A DNA stretch of 64,000 nucleotides from Nitrosomonadaceae bacterium (GCA_919902515.1 CAKKRD010000040.1:5861-69860), one strand, 5' to 3'; positions 49,428 to 60,132 are shown, counted from the stretch's first letter. The notes: generated by a model from the letters alone, not told the origin. Numbers and translations: made by a program.

Positions 49428-50252
49428 ATGCCCATCTCGACAGACACCAGAAGTTTGGCACTGTTCTGCGATTTTGAGAATATCGCCCTTGGTGTACGTG
49501 ACGCCAAGTACGAGATGTTCGATATCAGCAAGGTACTGGAACGCCTGCTGCTGAAAGGCAATATCGTGGTCAAGAAAGCCTATTGCGACTGGGATCGTTA
49601 CAAAACCTTCAAAACGGCGATGCACGAAGCTTCATTCGAACTGATTGAGATTCCTCATGTACGCCAATCCGGCAAGAATTCTGCCGATATCCGCATGGTG
49701 GTAGATGCACTTGATCTTTGCTATACGAAATCTCATGTTGATACCTTTGTCATTATCAGCGGCGATTCTGATTTCTCGCCATTGGTGTCCAAGTTGCGGG
49801 AAAACAACAAGACCGTGATCGGCATCGGTGTGAAGAATTCCACTTCTGATCTGCTCATCGCGAACTGTGATGAGTTCATTTATTATGACGATCTGGTCCG
49901 GGAGAAGCTGAAGAAACAGACGGTGAAAAAACCTGCCTCTAAGAGCATGCCGGTCGTAGATGCGGCCAAGGAAGCGCCCAAGAATAAAGGTGACAAGAAG
50001 CAGGAAGCCCTCGATCTAATGATGGAAACGGTGGAGGCGCTATTCTCGGAGCGGGGCGAGGAAGAAAAAATCTGGGGCTCGATGGTAAAACAAGCACTGA
50101 AACGCCGCAAGCCAGGCTTTAACGAAGCCTATTACGGCTTCCGCTCATTTGGCAAGCTGCTGGATGAAGCTGAAGAGCACAAGCTCTTGAGTCTGGAGCA
50201 CGATGACAAATCCGGCGGCGTAATTATCAAAAGCTTCAATCCCGATTATTAA
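49428..50252 (+). CDS. NYN (LabA-like PIN) nuclease domain protein with C-terminal OST-HTH/LOTUS domain
   Basis: LALFCDFENIALG...KAYCDW...SGKNSADIRMVVDA...FVIISGDSDFSPLVSKLRENNKTVIGIG (NYN), a Lys-rich linker, then WGSMVKQALKRRKPGFNEAYYGFRSFGKLLDEAEEHKLL (OST-HTH). GGAGA lies 5 nt before the ATG at 49428. Confidence 0.75.
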   Translation: MPISTDTRSLALFCDFENIALGVRDAKYEMFDISKVLERLLLKGNIVVKKAYCDWDRYKTFKTAMHEASFELIEIPHVRQSGKNSADIRMVVDALDLCYTKSHVDTFVIISGDSDFSPLVSKLRENNKTVIGIGVKNSTSDLLIANCDEFIYYDDLVREKLKKQTVKKPASKSMPVVDAAKEAPKNKGDKKQEALDLMMETVEALFSERGEEEKIWGSMVKQALKRRKPGFNEAYYGFRSFGKLLDEAEEHKLLSLEHDDKSGGVIIKSFNPDY

Positions 50253-50363
50253 GGACAAGTGAATATGAAGTCTAGCGCAAGGCTATCGTCGGGAGAATCA
50301 CAAGGAACTGATACAGTCACATTCCTGAGGGTTGCAGTCTGCCAAAATAATGGTGAGTAAATT

Positions 50364-51593
50364 ATGTGGCTATTAACGGTTACAGGGCTGGTATTGGCAT
50401 TGCTGGCACTTCCGGTTGTTGCTGGAGACTTTGAGGACGGAAGGCAGTTTGCTGCCAGCAGGGACTACACCAGAGCCGTGGCATCTTTTAAGAAAGCTGC
50501 GGAGCAGGGGAATGTAGATGCCCAATTCAATCTGGGCGTCATGTATGCCAGAGGTCAGGGAGTTGCGCAGGACGAACAACAGGCCGTGATGTGGTATCGC
50601 ATGGCAGCAGAGCAGGGAGACCTCCCGGCGCAATCTATTCTGGGTTTTATGTACCTCAAGGGCCGTGGCGTTCCACAAGACGAGCAGCAGGCCGCGTCCT
50701 GGTATCTCAAAGCCGCTGAGAAAGATCATGCGGAGGCGCAATATAGTCTGGGGGTCATGTACGCCAAAGGCCAGGGAGTTGCACAGGATGACCGGCAAGC
50801 CGTGTCCTGGTACCTCAAAGCCGCCGAGAAAGAGCACCCAGGGGCACAGTTCAACCTGGGCGTCATGTACGCCAAAGGCCGCGGGGTTGCGCAGGACGAG
50901 CAGCGGGCCGCGATGTGGTATCGCAAGGCCGCCGAGCAGGGGGATGTCCCGGCGCAAGCGATTCTGGGCTTCATGTATCTCAAGGGCCAGGGTGTTACCC
51001 AAGACGATCAACAGGCTGTGTCCTGGTATCTCAAAGCCGCTGAGAGAGGACACCCATGGGCGCAATATAATCTGGGTGTCATGTACGCCAAAGGGCGGGA
51101 GGTTGCTCAGGACGAGCAGCAGGCTGTGATGTGGTACCGCAAGGCGGCCGAGCAGGGTTACGCGGATGCGCAGTACAATCTGGGTGTCATGTATGCCAAA
51201 GGTCGCGGGATTGCGCAGGATGAGCAGCAGGCTGTGATGTGGTACCACAAGGCGGCCGAGCAGGGCTATGCGGATGCACAGTACAATCTGGGCGTCATGT
51301 ATGCCAGAGGCCGCGGGGTTGCACAGGATGAACAGCAGGCTGTGACATGGTATCGCAAGGCAGCAGAACAGGGGGATGCGGATGCGCAATACAATCTAGG
51401 CATCAGATACGCTGATGGCAAAGGCGTTACCCAGGATTACATTGAGGCGCACATGTGGTTCAGCCTCGCGGCTGCGGGGGGCGAAGAAAGGGCCATCAAG
51501 AATCGTGCTATTGTCGAAGAAAAAATGACGCGCGAGCAGATCGCCGAAGCGCAGCGACGGACAGGTACGTGGACAAAGACAGAGCCAAAGTAA
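50364..51593 (+). CDS. secreted Sel1/TPR-like repeat protein (about 9-10 repeats)
   Basis: Signal peptide MWLLTVTGLVLALLALPVVAG. 36-aa units follow the pattern AQ.NLGVMYAKGRGVAQDEQQAVMWYRKAAEQG. Confidence 0.85.
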   Translation: MWLLTVTGLVLALLALPVVAGDFEDGRQFAASRDYTRAVASFKKAAEQGNVDAQFNLGVMYARGQGVAQDEQQAVMWYRMAAEQGDLPAQSILGFMYLKGRGVPQDEQQAASWYLKAAEKDHAEAQYSLGVMYAKGQGVAQDDRQAVSWYLKAAEKEHPGAQFNLGVMYAKGRGVAQDEQRAAMWYRKAAEQGDVPAQAILGFMYLKGQGVTQDDQQAVSWYLKAAERGHPWAQYNLGVMYAKGREVAQDEQQAVMWYRKAAEQGYADAQYNLGVMYAKGRGIAQDEQQAVMWYHKAAEQGYADAQYNLGVMYARGRGVAQDEQQAVTWYRKAAEQGDADAQYNLGIRYADGKGVTQDYIEAHMWFSLAAAGGEERAIKNRAIVEEKMTREQIAEAQRRTGTWTKTEPK

Positions 51594-51630
51594 TGCATGC
51601 CATTCCGCCACTGCTTGATCACAGGCAACC

Positions 51631-52404
51631 ATGAAGCTAGTCACCTGGAATGTCAATTCCCTTAAAGTCCGTCTGCCACAAGTTATTGACTGGTTGATGG
51701 CCAATCAGCCTGATGTATTGTGCCTACAGGAAACCAAGCTGCAAGACGAGAACTTTCCGCTAGCCGAAATTACCGCAGCAGGATATCAGGCAACCTATGC
51801 CGGACAAAAGACCTATAACGGCGTCGCCTTGCTTAGCAAACAGACGGGCAGTGAGATCATCAGCACCATCCCTGCTCTGGACGATCAGCAGAAACGTGTA
51901 CTGGCGGCAACCTACGGCGATGTACGGGTAATTTGCATCTATGTCCCCAACGGGGAAAACGTCGAATCAGAGAAATACCAATACAAGCTGAAATGGCTGA
52001 CTGCTCTCAACGTATGGTTGCGGGATGAGTTACGTAAATATCCAAAACTAGTGCTACTAGGTGATTTCAACATCGCGCCGGAAGAATGCGACGTGCATGA
52101 TCCGGAATTGTGGCGAGGGCAGGTGTTGTTCAGCCAGCCAGAGCGAGAGGCATTCCACAAACTGCTCAAACTGGGCTTTGTGGATAGCTTCCGCTTGTTT
52201 GAGCAACCGGAGAAATCATATACCTGGTGGGACTACCGTATGATGGCCTTCCGCCGCAACATGGGTATGCGGATAGACCATATTCTGCTGAGTAACGACC
52301 TTGCCAAGGCCTGTACTACATGTGTCATAGACAAGGCAGCACGTAAATTTGAGCGGCCATCGGATCATGCTCCAGTGGTAGTAGAACTTGCGACGCAGCC
52401 GTAA
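51631..52404 (+). CDS. xthA: exodeoxyribonuclease III
   Basis: MKLVTWNVNSLKVRL...LCLQETK...GDFNIAPE...RIDHILLS...SDHAPV. Confidence 0.9.
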   Translation: MKLVTWNVNSLKVRLPQVIDWLMANQPDVLCLQETKLQDENFPLAEITAAGYQATYAGQKTYNGVALLSKQTGSEIISTIPALDDQQKRVLAATYGDVRVICIYVPNGENVESEKYQYKLKWLTALNVWLRDELRKYPKLVLLGDFNIAPEECDVHDPELWRGQVLFSQPEREAFHKLLKLGFVDSFRLFEQPEKSYTWWDYRMMAFRRNMGMRIDHILLSNDLAKACTTCVIDKAARKFERPSDHAPVVVELATQP

Positions 52405-52460
52405 TACCCGTTCTATTTATCGCAACTGCAGCGCCTTCCCCTGGATTTACGCAGGTACTC

Positions 52461-52910
52461 TTATCTCCGGCTGGAATTATCCAAACCCTGAAGCTCCAAT
52501 CTGAGCGCCCTGATGCTCTCCTCATGGAAAGTTATTCCATCCTTGAGTTGCTGCACCCGCTCAAGGTATCTCTGGTAATTCCTCTCACTGCCTAGACGAT
52601 CCGGCTCACCGTTATTGTACTCCTTCTTTATCTCCTCCAGAAGCTTCATCTCCCCGGCGATTTTCTCCTCAATGACCATGCGGCGCGCTTCGTTACCAGC
52701 AGTATCCGGCAAGCCCGGAGTCCTGGTTTTCGCTTTCGGTTTGATTGCCGGTATGACTGTAAGCGGGGGCAGATCGAGTTTCTTGGCATCCTTCAGGGGA
52801 GCATTTGAATAGCTGGTTTTGCCATCCTTATCCACATGTTTATATACCTGAGGCTGGGCATAGCATGCAATGCTAAATATTGCCAAAAGTATGCTGCTCT
52901 TTATTTTCAT
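52461..52910 (-). CDS. DUF4124-like secreted coiled-coil protein
   Basis: Signal peptide MKIKSSILLAIFSIACYA, then VYKHVDKDGKTSYSNAP (DUF4124 motif) and a coiled-coil C-terminus. Confidence 0.65.
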   Translation of the reverse strand: MKIKSSILLAIFSIACYAQPQVYKHVDKDGKTSYSNAPLKDAKKLDLPPLTVIPAIKPKAKTRTPGLPDTAGNEARRMVIEEKIAGEMKLLEEIKKEYNNGEPDRLGSERNYQRYLERVQQLKDGITFHEESIRALRLELQGLDNSSRR

Positions 52911-53004
52911 AGATCCGCCAGCTGAAAAATCTCCGCAAACCCCGTGTGGGCGCAACAGCGACTTTGCAGGATAGGATGCACGTAAAGCATCATTCCCAAA
53001 ATAC

Positions 53005-53478
53005 TCAGTTTGCCAGCTCTCTCTTCAGCGCCACGATATTGTTCTCATGCAACAACACCTGTTCCCGGAGTTTCTTCATCTGTTCTTCGGAGTTAACCAC
53101 GTTGTGTCTGGATTGAGCAGGATTGACTTTAAGAGCCTCATAGCTCGCTTCACCTTGCTTTAGAGCCTGCCTGGCGTCTGACAGGAGTTTCTCTTCTGCA
53201 GCCAGCTCCTCTGCGAGAATTTCACGGCGCTTCAAATCCCGTTGCTGCTGCACTTTGCGAGCCACCTTGGGGAAACCATCAGGAGTTGCCACCGTAGGCC
53301 TGGGCTGCGCTGGTGACGGATCGAGATAGAGCTTTTTCGCACCCTTCGTGGGAGTATTGGAATAGGTTATGCGCCCTTCCTTGTCTGCATGTTTGTAGAT
53401 TTCAGCAGAAGCAGTAGCAGCCATAATCATTCCGGTAATTATCAGAATCGGGGTAATGACTGAAATTTTTGTTCCCAT
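53005..53478 (-). CDS. DUF4124-like secreted coiled-coil protein (paralog)
   Basis: Signal peptide, then IYKHADKEGRITYSNTP and a coiled-coil C-terminus. Tandem with the 52461..52910 gene. Confidence 0.65.
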   Translation of the reverse strand: MGTKISVITPILIITGMIMAATASAEIYKHADKEGRITYSNTPTKGAKKLYLDPSPAQPRPTVATPDGFPKVARKVQQQRDLKRREILAEELAAEEKLLSDARQALKQGEASYEALKVNPAQSRHNVVNSEEQMKKLREQVLLHENNIVALKRELAN

Positions 53479-53572
53479 ATTGTTCGTGTTCGGTCGATGA
53501 ATCCTGATTTAGCCTGAATCCGGTAATTGATCGCATTGATGGCCGTTGATCAATAATACCTTAGCATATTCA

Positions 53573-54559
53573 TCATTTCTGATACTTCGCGACTGCACGA
53601 TTGTGATCCGTCAGGTTACTGGAGAAATGCGATTCTCCATTGCCTTTTGCGACAAAGTATAGGGCACTGGTTTTAGCAGGATTCAGCGCCGCTTGAATTG
53701 AAGCCAGTCCCGGTAGGGCGATAGGTGTGGGCGGGAGACCGCGGCGCGTGTAGGTATTGTATTCCTGATCGGTTAGCAGATCTTTCTTGCGTAAGTTGCC
53801 ATCAAATTTCTCCCCCAGGCCATAAATAACAGTAGGGTCGGTTTGCAGCCGCATACCCAAACGCAACCGGTTGACGAATACGCCGGCGATGTTGGTACGA
53901 TCGCCTTCCCTGCCGGTTTCTTTCTCGATGATGGAAGCCAGAATCAAGGCTTGGTAGGCATCTGTCAGCGGCAAATTCATGGCACGTCCGGCCCAGGCAA
54001 TAGCGAGACTATTCTGCATCGCACGGTAGGCACGTTTCAATATCGTAATGTCGCTATTGCCGCGTACGAAATAATAGGTATCGGGGAAAAATAATCCCTC
54101 CGCCGCTGTTTCGCCCGCCCCGATCAACCGCAGGATTTCCAGATCACTCAAACCAGCAGTGTCATGCCGAACAGCAGGGTGTTCATTCAGGGTTTTTCTG
54201 AGCTGAGAGAAGGTCCAGCCCTCTATGAACCTGACCTCGCTCTGATTGACATCACCCGTAGTGACGCGCTCCAGCAGCTGCCATGGCGAAGTGTTCTCGG
54301 TAAGCTCGTAGTCTCCTGCCTTGAGCAGTGATGCATAACCCATTAGCCGTGACAGCAGGACGAATGACCAGGTATCGTGCAAAACCCCGGCATCGGCCAA
54401 TTGCCTGGCAGCACTTCTCAGGCTGCTGCCCGATTTGATGGAAAATTCGTATGGAACAGTGGGAAGTTGAACGGGGGCGTTGACATGATAGGCGAACCAC
54501 CCGGAAAACAGGAAGACAGCAGCCAAAACCAATAAAATCATGCGTTTCAGTATGTGCAT
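53573..54559 (-). CDS. mltG: endolytic murein transglycosylase MltG (YceG)
   Basis: N-terminal TM, then FIEGWT...ILASIIEKETG...VFVNRLRLGMRLQTDPTVIYG...YNTY are the YceG signature. Start set to the ATG at 54559 (the track start is TTG at 54568). Confidence 0.85.
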   Translation of the reverse strand: MHILKRMILLVLAAVFLFSGWFAYHVNAPVQLPTVPYEFSIKSGSSLRSAARQLADAGVLHDTWSFVLLSRLMGYASLLKAGDYELTENTSPWQLLERVTTGDVNQSEVRFIEGWTFSQLRKTLNEHPAVRHDTAGLSDLEILRLIGAGETAAEGLFFPDTYYFVRGNSDITILKRAYRAMQNSLAIAWAGRAMNLPLTDAYQALILASIIEKETGREGDRTNIAGVFVNRLRLGMRLQTDPTVIYGLGEKFDGNLRKKDLLTDQEYNTYTRRGLPPTPIALPGLASIQAALNPAKTSALYFVAKGNGESHFSSNLTDHNRAVAKYQK

Positions 54560-54594
54560 GCGTAGCAAATACTCCCTGCACTACGGCAGTGGGG

Positions 54595-55842
54595 TCAGGC
54601 TTTGCGGAAAATCAGCGTGCCGTTGGTGCCCCCAAATCCAAACGAATTTGACATTGCCGCATCGATTTTCATATTCCTTGCGACATTGGGAACGTAATCC
54701 AGATCGCACTGCGGATCCTGGTCGAAAATATTGATGGTAGGTGGCGCAACCTGATGATATATCGCCAGCGCGGAAAATATTGCTTCCACCCCACCCGCCG
54801 CACCAAGCAAGTGCCCAGTCATGGATTTGGTGGAATTGACCACAAGTTTTTTTGCATGATCGCCAAAACAGCGTTTCACCGCCATGGTTTCGGCCAGGTC
54901 GCCCAGTGGCGTGGAAGTGCCGTGGGCATTGATGTAATCCACCTCATCTTTATTCATACCTGCGTTCTTGAGTGCGATGGTCATGCAGCGTGCAGCGCCC
55001 TCGCCGTCTTCGCAGGGTGCGGTCATATGGTAGGCATCGGCGCTCATGCCGAAGCCCGCCAGTTCAGCGTAAATCTTTGCACCACGGCGTTTGGCGTGTT
55101 CCATTTCTTCCAGTACCACAATGCCTGCACCCTCACCCAGCACAAAACCATCCCTGTCCTTGTCCCACGGGCGGCTGGCGCTAGCAGGATCGTCATTGCG
55201 GGTCGACAGCGCTCGCGCCGAGGCGAAACCACCGATGGTGAGTGGCGTTACGCACGATTCCGCGCCGCCTGCAACCATCACGTCCGCGTCGCCATATTCG
55301 ATCATGCGGGCAGAATCGCCAATACAGTGAGTCGCGGTGGTACAGGCAGTGACAATGGCCAGATTGGGTCCTTTGAAGCCGAACATGATGGACAAGTCGC
55401 CCGCGACCATGTTAATGATGACGCTGGGAATGAAGAACGGCGAGATTTTACGCGGACCGCCGGCATGATAGGTGTCGTGGGTCCCCTCGATCATCGGCAG
55501 ACCGCCGATGCCGGAACCAATGTTGACACCGATACGTTCTGCATCAAGGCTACCGCCGGCGACGTTTTCAATACCCGCATCTTTCACCGCCTGGATTGCC
55601 GCCGCCATGCCGTAATGGATAAAAGTATCCATGCGCCGCGCATCCTTGGCGGAGATGTATTGTGTGATATCGAAATCCTTGACCTCTCCCGCTATCTGCG
55701 AGGCGAAAGCCGTGGCATCGAAACGGGTAATCCGGGTGATGCCGGATTTTCCTGCGAGGATGTTCGCCCATGCATCGGAAATGGTATTGCCGACGGGCGA
55801 AACAATACCTAATCCGGTAATGACTACTCTACGCTTGGACAA
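54595..55842 (-). CDS. fabF: 3-oxoacyl-ACP synthase II
   Basis: [16 protein letters not shown]...ACTTATH (active-site Cys)...NAHGTSTP...NSFGFGGTN. Confidence 0.95.
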   Translation of the reverse strand: MSKRRVVITGLGIVSPVGNTISDAWANILAGKSGITRITRFDATAFASQIAGEVKDFDITQYISAKDARRMDTFIHYGMAAAIQAVKDAGIENVAGGSLDAERIGVNIGSGIGGLPMIEGTHDTYHAGGPRKISPFFIPSVIINMVAGDLSIMFGFKGPNLAIVTACTTATHCIGDSARMIEYGDADVMVAGGAESCVTPLTIGGFASARALSTRNDDPASASRPWDKDRDGFVLGEGAGIVVLEEMEHAKRRGAKIYAELAGFGMSADAYHMTAPCEDGEGAARCMTIALKNAGMNKDEVDYINAHGTSTPLGDLAETMAVKRCFGDHAKKLVVNSTKSMTGHLLGAAGGVEAIFSALAIYHQVAPPTINIFDQDPQCDLDYVPNVARNMKIDAAMSNSFGFGGTNGTLIFRKA

Positions 55843-55874
55843 GATGACTCTGATGGAGGGGTTAAAACATGCAA

Positions 55875-56111
55875 TTAATTCGTGTGGGAATTTATGTAAT
55901 CAATCGCCTGCTGGACGGTATTTATTTTCTCCGCCTGCTCGTCGGGGATCTCACATTCGAATTCCTCTTCCAGCGCCATGACCAGTTCAACGGTATCAAG
56001 CGAGTCCGCCCCCAAGTCATCTACGAAAGATGATTCGTTGTTGACTTCAGCTTCATTCACGCCCAGTTGCTCGGCCACGATTTTTTTTATACGTTGTTCC
56101 ACATTTTCCAT
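55875..56111 (-). CDS. acpP: acyl carrier protein
   Basis: [20 protein letters not shown] (phosphopantetheine Ser motif). Confidence 0.95.
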   Translation of the reverse strand: MENVEQRIKKIVAEQLGVNEAEVNNESSFVDDLGADSLDTVELVMALEEEFECEIPDEQAEKINTVQQAIDYINSHTN

Positions 56112-56345
56112 CAGATACCCCTCTTCTCAGATAAGAAAAACCGTCTCTATTCTAGCAAATTTTCGGTATTTGCAATACCAGAACACTCTCTATCCGGGTT
56201 TAGAAAACAATCGCGGATACGTGTTAATTTGAGCTAATTGGAGCTAAACGGTACAAATCGACGTTATTTTATAATTTTACCAAATCTAAATGTAACAAAT
56301 AACTGTCGTACGCTAATGCGCATCTCTATGTTGAAATATTCCCGG

Positions 56346-57086
56346 TTAATCCATATGCATGCCACCATTCACATGCAGTGTCGCACCAGTAATGTATGCA
56401 GCGGCTGGCGAAGCAAGGAACGCTACTGCTGAGGCCACTTCCTCAGGCCGTCCCAATCTGCCCAGCGGTACATGCTGAATCAAGTCCTGCTGCTGCTTGT
56501 CGGTAAGTGAGCGGGTCATGTCGGTTTCTATAAAACCGGGGGCAATACAGTTCACTGTGATGTTCCGGCTACCCACTTCGCGCGCCAGTGATTTACTGAA
56601 ACCAAATAGCCCGGCTTTGGCGGCGGCATAATTGGTCTGCCCGGGGTTACCTATAGCACCCACCACCGAAGAAATATTGATGATGCGACCAGAACGGGTT
56701 TTCATCATGGCCCGCAGCACTCCACGGCTCAAACGAAATACCGATTTGAGATCGGTCTCCATGATTTCATCCCACTCTTCATCTTTCATCCGAATTAGCA
56801 GATTATCGCGGGTGATGCCGGCGTTATTTACCAGTATCGTGATTTCACCGAACTTTCCGGGTATTGCTGCAAGAATGCCTGCAATCTGCGCAGTATTAGT
56901 GACGTTCAGTACCATGCCCGCACCTTTGATGCCGGCTTCGCTCAGATAGCGGCTGATGATTTCGGCACCAGCCTCAGTGGTGGCGGTGCCGACCACAGTA
57001 GCGCCTTGCTTGCCTAATTTCAACGCGATGGCCTGGCCAATGCCACGACTGGCACCGGTTACCAGCGCCACTTGATTTTGCAGCAT
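56346..57086 (-). CDS. fabG: 3-oxoacyl-ACP reductase
   Basis: VALVTGASRGIG...NNAGIT...YAAAKAG...GATLHVNGGMHM. GGAGAG lies upstream of the ATG at 57086. Confidence 0.95.
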   Translation of the reverse strand: MLQNQVALVTGASRGIGQAIALKLGKQGATVVGTATTEAGAEIISRYLSEAGIKGAGMVLNVTNTAQIAGILAAIPGKFGEITILVNNAGITRDNLLIRMKDEEWDEIMETDLKSVFRLSRGVLRAMMKTRSGRIINISSVVGAIGNPGQTNYAAAKAGLFGFSKSLAREVGSRNITVNCIAPGFIETDMTRSLTDKQQQDLIQHVPLGRLGRPEEVASAVAFLASPAAAYITGATLHVNGGMHMD

Positions 57087-57160
57087 TATCTCTCCAGTAT
57101 GTCCTGTCACGGATCAATATCCATAATCATGCATGGCAAAGGATGCAATATTCTTCCAAT

Positions 57161-58099
57161 CTACCTCAGTACGCCTGCAGCCTGCCGTAGCGTCTCGCCA
57201 TCTGCCAGCGCCAGACTCTGCAACTTCCCGTCTATGCGTTTGTTTAGTCCAGACAGCACCTTACCTGGCCCACATTCCACTACATGAGTGACGCCTGCGG
57301 TGGCAAAAGTATGGATGGTCTCGGTCCATCGTACCGGCTTGCATAATTGCTGCACTAGAATATTTCTGATGCCGGCAGCACTTGCATGCGGCTGTACGTC
57401 CGCATTATGCAACACCGGAATAGTGGGTGATTGCAGCGCCACCAGTTCCAGTCGCTGCTGCATTTTTTCCGCTGCCTGATGCATCAACGAGCAATGTGAA
57501 GGTATGCTCATGGGCAGCATTATCGCCCGTTTCGCACCTTTTGCCTTGGCCAGTTCCATGCCGCGCAACACCGCATTCCTGTGCCCCGCGATCACTACCT
57601 GCCCGGGTGCATTGAAATTTGCCGGTTCCAGCGATTCTCCGTTGGAGGTACTCACGACTTCAATGCATACTGCTCGCACCGTGTCATCATCCAATCCCAA
57701 AATTGCCGCCATACCACCTGTGCCTTCCGGCACCGCCTGCTGCATTGCCTCCGCCCGGAAACGCACCAGTGGCAGCGCATCAGCAAAAGCTAACGTCCCC
57801 GCAGCAACCAATGCACTGTATTCCCCCAGACTGTGCCCAGCCAGGAAAGCCGGTTTTGCCTCAGCCAGACTTTCCCATGCACGATATACCGCAATCCCTG
57901 CCATCAGCATCAATGGCTGGGTATTGAGCGTGAGATTGAGATCATCAGCCGGGCCGTCGTTGACCATCACCCAGAAATCCTGGCCTAGGATGTCGGATGC
58001 CTCGGCAAAAGTTTCGCGTACTACCGGAAAATCGGCATACTCTTTCATCATGCCAACTGATTGCGAACCCTGACCAGGGAAAACAAAAGCGAATTTCAT
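57161..58099 (-). CDS. fabD: malonyl CoA-ACP transacylase
   Basis: FVFPGQGSQSVGM...GHSLGEYSALV. Confidence 0.95.
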   Translation of the reverse strand: MKFAFVFPGQGSQSVGMMKEYADFPVVRETFAEASDILGQDFWVMVNDGPADDLNLTLNTQPLMLMAGIAVYRAWESLAEAKPAFLAGHSLGEYSALVAAGTLAFADALPLVRFRAEAMQQAVPEGTGGMAAILGLDDDTVRAVCIEVVSTSNGESLEPANFNAPGQVVIAGHRNAVLRGMELAKAKGAKRAIMLPMSIPSHCSLMHQAAEKMQQRLELVALQSPTIPVLHNADVQPHASAAGIRNILVQQLCKPVRWTETIHTFATAGVTHVVECGPGKVLSGLNKRIDGKLQSLALADGETLRQAAGVLR

Positions 58100-58102
58100 G
58101 TC

Positions 58103-59062
58103 TTACCAGCGGAGCAACACCGCACCCCAGGTAAACCCGCCACCCACTCCCTCCAGCAGCACATACTGACCAGATTTGATGCGCCCGTCGCGTATGGCAG
58201 TATCCAGCGCAAGGGGAATGGAAGCGGCAGAAGTGTTACCATGCCTGTCTACCGTGACCACCACTTTTTCCATCGGTATGCCCAATTTCTTCGCGGTGGA
58301 TTGAATGATGCGGATATTGGCTTGATGGGGAATCAGCCAATCGATATCAGATGCTTGTAAATTATTCTCGGCCAGGGCTTCATGCACCACTTCTTCCAGA
58401 ACTTTTACCGCGAACTTGAAAACCGTGTTCCCTTCCATGATGAGGAACGGCTTGCCCTGTACCTTACCGTCACAGATACTCCCAGGCACCGCAAGGATTT
58501 TACTGTGTTTGCCGTCGGCATGCAGATGGCTTGAGAGTATTCCTGGCCGATCGCTTTGGCTCAACACCACCGCACCCGCGCCGTCACCGAATAGCACACA
58601 AGTGCTGCGGTCGCTCCAGTCGAGTATGCGCGAATAAACTTCGGTTCCTACCACCAGCGCATTGCGGCATCTGCCTGCGCGGATGAACATGTCTGCGGTG
58701 GCAAGCGCATAGACAAAGCCACTGCATACCGCCTGCACGTCAAATGCGGGGCAATCCCTGGCACCAAGCTTATCCTGCAAGATACAGGCGGTGCTGGGAA
58801 AAATCATGTCTGGTGTGGTAGTGGCGACGATGATGAGGTCGATCTCCTCAGCCTTTATGCCGGCCGCTTCCATTGCCTTGCGACTGGCGTGCAGCGCCAG
58901 ATCACTTGCCATTTCATGGTCCGCCGCAATGTGCCGCTGAGTAATGCCAGTACGACTGCGTATCCATTCGTCGCTGGTATCCACCATGCGCTCGAGGTCA
59001 TGGTTGGTGAGAACTTTTTCGGGCAAGTAGCCGCCTGTTCCAACGATTCTGGAATACCTCAT
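58103..59062 (-). CDS. fabH: 3-oxoacyl-ACP synthase III
   Basis: [15 protein letters not shown]...[10 protein letters not shown]...HQANIRII...[12 protein letters not shown]. Confidence 0.95.
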   Translation of the reverse strand: MRYSRIVGTGGYLPEKVLTNHDLERMVDTSDEWIRSRTGITQRHIAADHEMASDLALHASRKAMEAAGIKAEEIDLIIVATTTPDMIFPSTACILQDKLGARDCPAFDVQAVCSGFVYALATADMFIRAGRCRNALVVGTEVYSRILDWSDRSTCVLFGDGAGAVVLSQSDRPGILSSHLHADGKHSKILAVPGSICDGKVQGKPFLIMEGNTVFKFAVKVLEEVVHEALAENNLQASDIDWLIPHQANIRIIQSTAKKLGIPMEKVVVTVDRHGNTSAASIPLALDTAIRDGRIKSGQYVLLEGVGGGFTWGAVLLRW

Positions 59063-60132
59063 GCTGCGTCTTCTTTTGACAATAATTGAGGATGCGAAGA
59101 TGGATTTTGAGAATGATGCTGCAACCCCGCCACACGCTCACTGATATGTTGCAACATTCCGCCCCGCACTTCACTCACCGCACGCTCAATGGCAAAATTG
59201 AATGCATGACTGTCAGCTGCACCGTGGCTCTTGATGACGATACCACGCAGCCCCAGTAAGCTCGCACCATTGTAGCGGCGATGATCTACCCGGCGCTTGA
59301 ATGCCTTGATGACCGGCAAGGCAATGAACCCCGCAAACCTGGTAAGAAGATTACGCTTAAATTCCTCACGCAAATAAGTGGCCAGCATCTGTGCCACGCC
59401 CTCTGAAGCTTTCAGGGTGACATTGCCGACGAAACCATCGCACACCACCACATCGGTCGTGCCCTTGTAAATATCATTGCCTTCAACATTGCCGTAGAAA
59501 TTAAGTCCGCTGTTGCGCAGCAGTTCTGCCGCATGTTTCACCACTTCATTACCTTTTATTTCTTCTTCGCCTATGTTCAGCAAGCCGACACTTGGCCGCT
59601 CCTTACCTTCTACAGAAGAAACCAGAGTAGCGCCCATGACACCGAATTGAAGCAGTTGCTCCGCACTACAATCCACGTTGGCACCCAGATCCAGCACGTA
59701 AGTGTGCCCCTTCATGGTAGGCAGCACCACGGCAAGCGCAGGCCGGTCGATCCCAGGCAGCGTTTTCAGCACAAACCGGGAAGTCGCTATCAATGCCCCG
59801 GTATTGCCAGCGCTGACACAGGCCTGGGCCTCGCCACGCTTAACCAGGTCGATGGCAATCCGCATCGAAGAATCTTTCTTATCACGCATCGCTACAGCCG
59901 GCGATTCGTCCATGCCGATCACTTCGCTCGCGGCATGAATCCTCAGACGGGAATCAGGCGCAAACTTGATAGCGCGCAATTCTGCCTCAATAGCGTCGGG
60001 CAATCCCACCAGAACGATATTGGTTCCTGGATTGCTTCGAAGGTAATTGACAGCCGAGGGAACCGTTACATGGGGGCCACGATCACCACCCATGCAATCT
60101 ATTGCTACGGTAATGTCCGATTTAAGTGCCAT
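59059..60132 (-). CDS. plsX: phosphate acyltransferase PlsX
   Basis: [14 protein letters not shown]...CDGFVGNV...[16 protein letters not shown]. The stop overlaps the fabH start. Confidence 0.9.
   Translation of the reverse strand: MALKSDITVAIDCMGGDRGPHVTVPSAVNYLRSNPGTNIVLVGLPDAIEAELRAIKFAPDSRLRIHAASEVIGMDESPAVAMRDKKDSSMRIAIDLVKRGEAQACVSAGNTGALIATSRFVLKTLPGIDRPALAVVLPTMKGHTYVLDLGANVDCSAEQLLQFGVMGATLVSSVEGKERPSVGLLNIGEEEIKGNEVVKHAAELLRNSGLNFYGNVEGNDIYKGTTDVVVCDGFVGNVTLKASEGVAQMLATYLREEFKRNLLTRFAGFIALPVIKAFKRRVDHRRYNGASLLGLRGIVIKSHGAADSHAFNFAIERAVSEVRGGMLQHISERVAGLQHHSQNPSSHPQLLSKEDAA

Noticed and set aside
50364-51593. Regular 108-bp periodicity here (and 99-bp periodicity at 12060-12720) as a possible CRISPR or satellite array.
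   Set aside because: The repeats are in-frame coding repeats (Sel1 and ANK) without unique spacers. They are not CRISPR arrays.
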